Shown piece by piece: positions 57,801 to 64,000 of a stretch of 64,000 nucleotides of DNA. A program made the translations under genes and the position numbers. This stretch comes from Thermodesulfobacteriota bacterium (GTDB lineage: Bacteria > Desulfobacterota > Binatia > Binatales > Binataceae). The notes under the pieces are model-generated. The model ran no database searches. It was not told where the DNA came from and worked only from the letters and a program-made list of their open reading frames with translations. Numbering within the stretch: the first letter of the stretch is position 1; every line of letters starts with the position of its first letter. The DNA lies in NCBI GenBank assembly GCA_046728175.1, contig JBKPEA010000029.1, positions 5,502-69,501 of the forward strand, given 5' to 3'.

Positions 57801-58114
57801 CTTTTGCCAACGAGCTGCGCGAGGACGGCTACAGCCCGGTGGCCGCCGCGATCCAGGCCGGCCGCATACGCTTCAGGCCGATTATCATGACGGCGCTCGC
57901 CATGATTCTCGGGATGCTGCCGATGGCGTTGGCGCTTGGCTCCGGCTCCGAGCAGAACGCTCCGCTGGGCCGTGCGGTTATCGGTGGCCTGCTGGTGGCT
58001 ACGGTAATGACGCTGTTTGTGGTGCCGGCGGTATATTCGATCTTCAGCCGTACTCTGATCGGAAAGCACCAGCGCGACGCCGAGATCGAGGCGATCGGCC
58101 TGCCGGGCGCATAA
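54896..58114 (+). CDS. efflux RND transporter permease subunit (AcrB/HAE family)
   Basis: The protein is 1072 aa with 12 TMs and two large periplasmic loops. The N-terminal MALLMLVLGVLSFSLMNVDIFPAINLPVV is typical of RND pumps. Confidence 0.92.
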   Translation: MWIVRLALRRPLSVAVMALLMLVLGVLSFSLMNVDIFPAINLPVVMVVWNYPGLSAFDVERRMVFISERAYSTTVNDIEHIESSSINGLGILKVYFQPGTDVGGAIAQINAVSQTILSNLPRGIQPPQIISYNASNVPVAQLNVYSDVLSTARLFDYGLNFIRIQLFTIPGFSSPAPLGGVSRNVMVNIDPTKLYANGLSAYDIGNSLAASNVVIPSGSAKMGNYQYNVDVNMSFPTVREFNNLPVKYVGASPILLGNVAPVTDSHQPATNVVRVDGRQATYLMVIKHADASTLTVVDAVRSKIPEILATAPQGLKVALAFDQSKFVRGALWDVVQEAVSAAALVAVMVLIFLGSPRSMLIVITSIPLSILTAIVGLKLSGQTINTMTLGGIALAVGMLVDDATVEIENIHRNHAMNKPLLVAILDGAHQIATPTLVGTLSICIVFFPVVLLTGVARFLFTPLALAVVFAMLTSYLLSRTLVPTMARYLLADTHEENVGGGAGWWSRFVRGFEACFDQLRDRYRDVLGTFIARRTFSLACVAALIVVSMGLLFTVGEDFFPPVDAGMMRLHVRAPTGTRIEHTELLVADIEQTIRSIVPADEIESISDNIGLPISYDLAFYQTDSIGPQDSDILIQLKPGHRPTGDYQREIRKVLEAHYPNLTAYFQAADIVGQVLNFGLPAMINAQINGNNLQSNYDIALRLKDKMAQIPGVVDLRIGQPLDYPALKVDVDRAKALQFGITQTQVASSLLASLSGAQLLQPNFWLDPVSGVNYNVIAQVPQQVISSINALANIPLSATPQSASVQQAASQDSTGNQPQLLGNLATVHRDWDPAVVSHYSVQRVIDVNCAVSRRDLGSVSADVRRAINGLGNLPAGTHVVIRGQSAAMSESFETLGEGLILAIILVYLLMVANFQSWLEPFIIMMAVPGALAGVLWMLVITGTTINVESLMGAIMAVGVGVANGNLLITFANELREDGYSPVAAAIQAGRIRFRPIIMTALAMILGMLPMALALGSGSEQNAPLGRAVIGGLLVATVMTLFVVPAVYSIFSRTLIGKHQRDAEIEAIGLPGA

Positions 58115-58127
58115 CTGCGCAAACGAA

Positions 58128-59276
58128 ATGGAAGAAGATCCAAGGGAATATCAGGCCAGGCAGCCCGGCAGGTTTTTCTTTGCCGGATGGATCGGCGCGA
58201 TCGCCCTGGCCGTGATCGCGACTGCCGGGCTGGTGCTGGCCCGCGATTTCTGGATCGGCCGCCAGAGCTCCGAGCTTGCGCGCGAGAATGCACTGGGGAT
58301 GCACGTACTGGTGACGCGGGTCATGCATGCTCCTACGGTCCGCAATGTAAAGCTGCCAGCGTCGCTGCGCGGGTTCGATGAGACCGACATCTTCGCAAAG
58401 ATCCCCGGCTATCTGAGGAAGATCAACGTTGACAAAGGTGACCGCGTTAGCGCGGGCGAAGTTATCGCCCTGGTCGACTCGCCCGAGACCGATCAGCAGG
58501 TAGCGAACGCTCGCGCCAACTACAATCTGGCGGTCGTGACAGATCGGCGCTACCGGCAACTCCTCGACGGCGGTGTCATCTCCCGGCAGGACTTCGACAA
58601 CGAGCACGCAAATATGCTCCAGGCCAAGGCCACCCTGAAACAAAACCTTGCGTTGCAGAAGTACCAGGTGGTCACCGCGCCGTTTGATGGGATCGTGTCG
58701 GCGCGTTATGTCGACCAGGGGCATCTGGTTCCGCAGAGCACTGCCGGCGGGAGCGCGAACAGCGCCATCGTACAGGTCGCGAGAATGAAGCCGCTGCGCT
58801 TGTTCGCGTATATGCCGCAGAGCACCGCATTATTCGTTCGAAACGGCGACCATTCCACGTTTCAGGTAAATGAATATCCGAAGCGTAGATTCGACGGGAC
58901 CGTGGCGCGGCATCCCCAAGCGTTGGCGGCCGATTCGCGCACGATGATCGTCGAGGTCGATCTGCCAAACGAAGATCTCGCGCTCTATCCAGGCATGTAT
59001 GGGTTTGTGACCTTCACGGTGTCGACGCCGGCGAGCGCGCCTATGGTGGCGGACGACGCCTTGATCTTCCGTAACAACAAGATTTATGTGCCAGTCGTTC
59101 GCGCCAATCGGTTGCACCTGGTGGAAGTTGGGCTTGGCTTCGACAACGGCGTGTCGGTGCAAATCTCCAGCGGCGACGTGTCCGACAATGATCTGGTCGC
59201 GCTGAACGTGGGCCAGGCTGCGCGCGACGGCCAGGCGGTCCGTCCCGTACTAGAGAGTGCCGCGAGCGGCCGGTAA
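58128..59276 (+). CDS. efflux RND transporter periplasmic adaptor subunit (HlyD/MFP family)
   Basis: It has an N-terminal TM, a lipoyl/biotinyl-like hairpin (IPGYLRKINVDKGDRVSAGEVIALVD) and an alpha-hairpin plus beta-barrel region. It is located downstream of the pump gene, which is an unusual order. Confidence 0.85.
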   Translation: MEEDPREYQARQPGRFFFAGWIGAIALAVIATAGLVLARDFWIGRQSSELARENALGMHVLVTRVMHAPTVRNVKLPASLRGFDETDIFAKIPGYLRKINVDKGDRVSAGEVIALVDSPETDQQVANARANYNLAVVTDRRYRQLLDGGVISRQDFDNEHANMLQAKATLKQNLALQKYQVVTAPFDGIVSARYVDQGHLVPQSTAGGSANSAIVQVARMKPLRLFAYMPQSTALFVRNGDHSTFQVNEYPKRRFDGTVARHPQALAADSRTMIVEVDLPNEDLALYPGMYGFVTFTVSTPASAPMVADDALIFRNNKIYVPVVRANRLHLVEVGLGFDNGVSVQISSGDVSDNDLVALNVGQAARDGQAVRPVLESAASGR

Positions 59277-59331
59277 CTTCGGCTCCCCACCGCGAGGACC
59301 GGGCGTCCCGGGCAAAGGATTGCGCCCGACC

Positions 59332-59916
59332 TCAAATCACCGCGAAATCCCGATTCTGCGCCGGCCATGAGGGTGCGTTTCTGATCGCATCCAGCACTTC
59401 GTCCGGACGCGCAACTACGGTCCACATCGTTCGATGGCGCTCGTCCATGAAGCGTTCCGCTATCGAGCTCTCCAGAAGTTCTATGCACGGCCGGTAGAAA
59501 TCGCAGGTATTTACAATGATGATCGGACCGCCATAGATTCCCAGCCGCTTCCACGCCATCGCCTCAAACAGTTCTTCAAACGTGCCGCATCCGCCAGGTA
59601 GTGCGATGACCGCATCGACTTCCTGGATCATCAGGCGCTTGCGTTCATGCATGTCCCGGGTGAGGACCAGTTCGCTGAGTCCGCGATGTGCCCATTCCAG
59701 GTCGGACATGAATTGCGGAATCACGCCGATCACGCGCCCGCCTACACTCAGAGCACCATCCGCGAGGTGGCCCATCGACCCCTTGCCGCCGCCCCCGAAC
59801 ACCAGGGTGATTCCCGCCTCGGCAATTAGCCGGCCGAGCTGGTGGGCCGCGCGATGGTAGGAGGGATCGCAACTGCTGCTCGATGCGCAATAGACACAGA
59901 CGCGTTTTATCTGCAT
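59332..59916 (-). CDS. LOG family protein (TIGR00730; cytokinin riboside 5'-monophosphate phosphoribohydrolase-like)
   Basis: VFGGGGKGSMG is present and PGGCGTFEELFE is the PGGxGTxxE motif. Confidence 0.88.
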   Translation of the reverse strand: MQIKRVCVYCASSSSCDPSYHRAAHQLGRLIAEAGITLVFGGGGKGSMGHLADGALSVGGRVIGVIPQFMSDLEWAHRGLSELVLTRDMHERKRLMIQEVDAVIALPGGCGTFEELFEAMAWKRLGIYGGPIIIVNTCDFYRPCIELLESSIAERFMDERHRTMWTVVARPDEVLDAIRNAPSWPAQNRDFAVI

Positions 59917-59958
59917 GACCGCGATCGTAGCGAAGGATGCACGCGCCGGCGACCCGCG

Positions 59959-61194
59959 TCAATTCTTTTCGGCGCTGTTTTTCCAGGTCGGCATCAGCTG
60001 ATTAGAAGGAATCTCCTCTCCCTTAATCTTGCGCGCCGTTTCGAGCCCCGCGACCGGCAGCCCCGCGGGATCCAGTTTTCCGATCTGCACAAGGGCGCTC
60101 GCTTGGTCCCAGTAGATTCGTTCGTAGCAGAGCCTGTTGCCCTCGAACGCGACCGATGCGACTGCTGGCACTTCGCAATACTTGCCGGTCGGACCGATGC
60201 CGGGTAGGAGCCAGTCGATTTCCCGGTCATGAGTGAAGCACATCAGCACTTCGTCGACGATTCGATCGGGACCCAGCGTGCGAGCGATAGGCACAATCTT
60301 CATATCCGCTGGCAGACTCGGGATAAAATGATGCTTGTAGAAGCGATGCAGTTCCTTCTGACCGTAGCCGCCGGTGAGCGTGGGGACGTGGTTCACGCAC
60401 GGTTCGGTGACCATGGTTTTGATGGTGGCGTCAGCATCTCGAGTTCCGAACTCAAGCCCACAATGGTCGTCCCACAAGGCGCTCAGGTCGTAGCGCGGGC
60501 CGAGAGTGCTGCGGAGCAGGCCCACCGAACGGGAACGCGCGAGTTGTGCGGCAAAAGGATGGAAGCCGGCGCGCAAGTCACAATTGAACCCGTGCTGAGC
60601 ACCCGCATAGACGTAAAATTCCGCGCGGTCATGCGCGGCGAGCGCTTTGCGCGTGCTCTCGCGAGCCGCCGCGGGGATGGCGGCATCGTTCTCGCCATAG
60701 TGGAACATGATGGGACATTTGATTCGCGCCGCTTCATCGAGTCGGGTTTCGATTCCTCCTCCGTAGTAAGCGATCGCCGCGTCGGTCTCGCAGCGCGCGG
60801 CCGTGAGGTACGCGAGCAGCCCGCCAAAGCAGTAACCGACCACCGCCACGTTGCCCTTGCGTTCGGGTCGTGAACGCAAGTGGTCAAGGGTTGCCGCGAT
60901 ATCCTTGAGCGCGAGTTCCAGGTCGAGTTTCTGCCGCAGTGCCCGTCCCTTGGTGATTCCCTCCGCGGTGTAAGGCAGCTCAACCCCGGGTTCGACTCGC
61001 CAGAAGATGTCCGGCGCGAGCGCCACGTATCCTTCGGCCGCCCACCGATCGGTTACCGCTCTGATATGTGCGTTTACGCCGAAAATTTCCTGCAGCACCA
61101 GCAGCCCGGGACCTGAGCCCGAAGGCGGAAGAGACAAGTAAGCCTGGAACGTTCCACCATCGTGTGCTCGAACTTTGATCGGCTGACTGTTCAT
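59959..61194 (-). CDS. dienelactone hydrolase family protein fused to C-terminal NTF2/SnoaL-like domain
   Basis: The N-terminal 230 aa is alpha/beta hydrolase (DLH) with VVGYCFGG as the nucleophile elbow. The C-terminal 180 aa is NTF2-like. The whole protein is 411 aa. Confidence 0.7.
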   Translation of the reverse strand: MNSQPIKVRAHDGGTFQAYLSLPPSGSGPGLLVLQEIFGVNAHIRAVTDRWAAEGYVALAPDIFWRVEPGVELPYTAEGITKGRALRQKLDLELALKDIAATLDHLRSRPERKGNVAVVGYCFGGLLAYLTAARCETDAAIAYYGGGIETRLDEAARIKCPIMFHYGENDAAIPAAARESTRKALAAHDRAEFYVYAGAQHGFNCDLRAGFHPFAAQLARSRSVGLLRSTLGPRYDLSALWDDHCGLEFGTRDADATIKTMVTEPCVNHVPTLTGGYGQKELHRFYKHHFIPSLPADMKIVPIARTLGPDRIVDEVLMCFTHDREIDWLLPGIGPTGKYCEVPAVASVAFEGNRLCYERIYWDQASALVQIGKLDPAGLPVAGLETARKIKGEEIPSNQLMPTWKNSAEKN

Positions 61195-61404
61195 TTGTGA
61201 CTCCTTCCCCGGACGCGCGCTGCCGCTACTGTATCATCGCGCTCGGGGTTTTTGCCGCGCTGACTCAGCTTGGGCCAGACGCGTTTCCAGTCCCTCAAGT
61301 TAAGATCAATGTCCGATCGCGCGCGGTCTTCCAAGTCGACCGCTTGCTTGCCGAGACGAGCCTGATCTGAAAGCCTAGCAGGGCCCGCAAGATCGCACGG
61401 CTTA

Positions 61405-62700
61405 ATGGAATCCAGCCCGTCAGCGACCGCCCCGACGCAAATCCAATTTCATCCGCCGCGACGATATCTGCGGCTGATGTTTGCGCTGCTGATGTCGGCC
61501 ACGATTTTCGAAGGCTACGACATCACCATTTTCCATCTGTGTACGCCCTACATTATGAAAACCTTCGCGATGAGCGATCGCGAGATCGGATTCGTCGCTA
61601 CGCTGGTGCGGTTCGGAGGAATCCTGTCTTTTGGCATCGTAGCCAGCGCCGATCTCTATGGTCGCCGTCCAATCCTGTCGATCACCGTCGTGTTTTATAC
61701 CCTGTTTACACTGGCGACCGCGTTGTCGCGCGGAATGATCACGTTCACGATTTTTCAGGCCGCAGCGCAGTTGTTCCTGGCGGCGGAATTCGGCGTGGCC
61801 GTAACCATGGTGAGCGAAGAATTTCCGGATGAAACGCGCGGTCGCGCCATCGCCGCTTTGCATACCGTCGCTTTTCTGGGCGTCGCTGCCGCTGCCGCAC
61901 TCTATCCCCTGGTGGCGCCCTCGGGATGGGGCTGGCGCGGCATGTACCTGCTCGGAATCGTCCCGCTCCTCCTCACCGCATTTTTGAGGCGAGGGCTCCG
62001 CGAGACGATACGGTTTCAGGCCATGGACGCCGCCCGCAAAATGGCCGGCGCCGCTCGTGAGAAACTGCTGGCGAAGCTGCGCTCCTCGGTGGCAGAATTT
62101 GCCGGGCCCTACCGCAAGCGGCTCATACTCATCGCGATTCTGTGGAACTCGATCGGATTTGTCGGCGGGCCGACCATCACCTTCTTCAGTCTGTTAGCGA
62201 TTCGCGACCATCACTGGACCGCGGCCCAAGTCGGCCTCGCGCTGATCGTCGCCTACCTGATGGGAAGCGTGGGAAGCTTGCTGAGCGGCTATGCGATGGA
62301 TCGGATTGGGCGCAGGATGACCACCGCCGTCTTCTATCTAGCCTCGGCGATCTCGATGGCTATCATGTTCGGCTCCGGGTGGCACGGCTCGGTAAGGTTC
62401 GGAATTGTCGCGACCCAGTTCGCCTATCAGGCAGCCCGAACGGCCACCTCGGCGTTGTCCGCGGAGCTGTTCCCGACCGAGATTCGCGCGAGTGGCTACA
62501 GCCTTACCGTGCAGGTAATTGGGCAGTTGGGATGGACACTGTCGCCGCTGTTGATCGGAATGCTGTCGGTGCCGCTGGGCGGAATCGGAAATGCCGCGTC
62601 GGTCTTCGCGCTCGGTCCCATCGTTGGGGCCATCGCGATTGGCTATGTCCCTGAAACGCGGGGCAAAACCCTGGAAGAGATCTCGCCCGCCGTGCTTTAG
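61405..62700 (+). CDS. MFS transporter
   Basis: The protein has 12 predicted TMs and an MFS motif (GRRPILSITV). It is 431 aa, and the start may be downstream. Confidence 0.8.
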   Translation: MESSPSATAPTQIQFHPPRRYLRLMFALLMSATIFEGYDITIFHLCTPYIMKTFAMSDREIGFVATLVRFGGILSFGIVASADLYGRRPILSITVVFYTLFTLATALSRGMITFTIFQAAAQLFLAAEFGVAVTMVSEEFPDETRGRAIAALHTVAFLGVAAAAALYPLVAPSGWGWRGMYLLGIVPLLLTAFLRRGLRETIRFQAMDAARKMAGAAREKLLAKLRSSVAEFAGPYRKRLILIAILWNSIGFVGGPTITFFSLLAIRDHHWTAAQVGLALIVAYLMGSVGSLLSGYAMDRIGRRMTTAVFYLASAISMAIMFGSGWHGSVRFGIVATQFAYQAARTATSALSAELFPTEIRASGYSLTVQVIGQLGWTLSPLLIGMLSVPLGGIGNAASVFALGPIVGAIAIGYVPETRGKTLEEISPAVL

Positions 62701-62785
62701 GAACGTCGAGATCAACTCCTCGGTTCCGTTATTGCTGTTCCTTCCTTGTCGGAGTGGGTAAAGTTGCGCTTTCGCGCCTCCCGAC

Positions 62786-64000
62786 CTAATCGGATTCCGG
62801 CACCAGGTCCAGCGCCGCCAGCCACGCAGCCGAGCTGCTGTCGGACGGTGCCCGCCAATCGCCCCGCGGCGACAGCGAACCACCTGAACCGACCTTGGGC
62901 GCGTTCGGAATCGTGCTGCGCTTGAACTGGCTCAGCTCAAAGAAGCGATGCAGGAAGATGCGCAGGTTCGCCTTGATCGCAGCGATCCCATACTCGTGAC
63001 GGAGTGTGGCGGGAATATCGGGCCATGCCCCGTGGCGCTTGTCGCGCCATGCACAGTAAGCGAGAAACGCGATCTTCGCCGGCGCGTAGCCGAAGCGTAA
63101 TGTAAAGTAGAGGTTGAAGTCTTGCAGCTCGTAGGGTCCGATGATGTTTTCGGTATAGGGTGTGGGATCGGCGCCCGGGACTGCGCTCGGCACCAGCTCC
63201 GGACTTATCGGAGTCTCGAGGATTTCCTTCAACACCGCGCTCACCGGCGCGCCCAGCCGACCGGTTGCTGCGACCCACCGAATAACATGCTGGATCAGCG
63301 TCTTCGGCACGCTCGCGTTGACCGCGTAGTGCGACATGTGATCGCCCACGCCATAGGTGCACCATCCGAGTGCCAACTCGCTCAAGTCCCCGGTCCCGAT
63401 GACGATGCCGTTGTTCTGGTTGGCGAGGCGGAACAGAATGCTGGTGCGCTCGCCGGCCTGAACGTTTTCGTAGGTGACATCATACTTGAGGTCGCCGCTG
63501 GCGTGTGGGTGCGCGATGTTCTTCAGCATCAGGGTGGCGCTGGGCCGGATATCGATCTCGTGCGCGTAGCATCCAACCGCGTTCATAAGACGGCGCGCTT
63601 GCCCAAGCGTTCGATCACTGGTTGCGAAACCGGGCATCGTGTAGGCGAGGATGTTTTTGCGCGAAAGCCCGAGGCGGTCCATCGCCTGGGCGCAGACCAG
63701 CAGCGCTTGGGTTGAATCCAGTCCGCCGGAAATGCCCACCACGACCCGTTCGATGCCGGTCGCGCGCAGCCTCGTCGCCAGGCCCTGGACCTGGATTTCG
63801 TAGACTTCGGAGCATCGTTCGTCGCGATATTTCGGGTCGGCGGGAACGTAGGGAAAGCGCTCGTAGACCCGGTTGGGGAGCATCCGCTCCGCGTGCGGCA
63901 GCGCGCTCGAAAACTCGATGGTGCGAAATTCGGCCAGGTTGGCACGCTCGCGGCGAATCGAGTCGCCGAAACTAGTTTGCCGCATCCGCTCCTGGGTCAG
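62786..64000 (-). CDS. nadE: glutamine-dependent NAD+ synthetase, C-terminal synthetase domain (partial; N-terminus beyond window end)
   Basis: [10 protein letters not shown] is the PP-loop SGGxDS. The NAD synthetase domain is present. The ORF is open to the window edge. Confidence 0.85.
   Translation of the reverse strand: MTQERMRQTSFGDSIRRERANLAEFRTIEFSSALPHAERMLPNRVYERFPYVPADPKYRDERCSEVYEIQVQGLATRLRATGIERVVVGISGGLDSTQALLVCAQAMDRLGLSRKNILAYTMPGFATSDRTLGQARRLMNAVGCYAHEIDIRPSATLMLKNIAHPHASGDLKYDVTYENVQAGERTSILFRLANQNNGIVIGTGDLSELALGWCTYGVGDHMSHYAVNASVPKTLIQHVIRWVAATGRLGAPVSAVLKEILETPISPELVPSAVPGADPTPYTENIIGPYELQDFNLYFTLRFGYAPAKIAFLAYCAWRDKRHGAWPDIPATLRHEYGIAAIKANLRIFLHRFFELSQFKRSTIPNAPKVGSGGSLSPRGDWRAPSDSSSAAWLAALDLVPESD

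Noticed and set aside
1-64000. CRISPR arrays, transposases, integrases, phage or toxin-antitoxin signatures
   Set aside because: Reading both strands showed no spaced direct repeats and no recognisable recombinase, transposase or phage structural translations. The only tRNA (Asp) has no adjacent integrase.

Overview
This window is a high-GC (~64%) bacterial chromosomal segment that is densely coding on both strands. By recalled homology I can assign about 55 protein genes and one tRNA (tRNA-Asp GTC). No CRISPR arrays, transposases, integrases, phage genes or rRNA were seen.

The content in order:
- A partial DUF1329 protein at the left edge.
- Ribosomal genes rpsF, rpsR, a DUF2232 membrane protein and rplI.
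- A GST, a zinc-ribbon protein, glgC, an LpxL-like acyltransferase, a CPBP protease and an SDR.
- Phosphomannomutase and mannose-1-phosphate guanylyltransferase.
- A divergently arranged hypothetical pair (one with an HExxH motif) next to an archaeal-type adenosine-specific-kinase-family gene.
- PBP1A, trmI, two small zinc-ribbon genes in front of a secF with no secD, a HAD hydrolase, an FtsX-type permease and a GNAT.
- A complete ISC operon (iscS-iscU-iscA-hscB-hscA-iscX) that lacks iscR and fdx but has an IscR-like box over its promoter.
- An LLM oxidoreductase and a 964-aa FAD/Fe-S oxidoreductase.
- A crotonyl-CoA carboxylase/reductase (ccr) divergent from an operon of MaoC hydratase, acyl-CoA dehydrogenase, a second MaoC hydratase and a CitE-like acyl-CoA lyase.
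- A wrbA pseudogene, pirin and argC.
- A fecR-like / outer-membrane-protein / CHASE2 adenylate cyclase operon.
- rplM, rpsI and tRNA-Asp.
- The GlgE alpha-glucan operon glgE-treS/pep2-glgB.
- An RND pump followed by its adaptor, LOG, a DLH-NTF2 fusion, an MFS transporter and a partial NAD+ synthetase.

I found no clear-cut known defence or mobile system. The candidates for something undescribed are the ccr-linked split-hydratase module (with a perfect palindrome in its divergent promoter), the fecR-OMP-CHASE2 signalling operon, the HExxH/helical two-gene cassette, and the zinc-ribbon pair upstream of the orphan secF.

All assignments rest on reading the translations, not on database searches. 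Start codons are approximate (plus or minus a few codons), and the ORF track appears to allow TTG/GTG starts.
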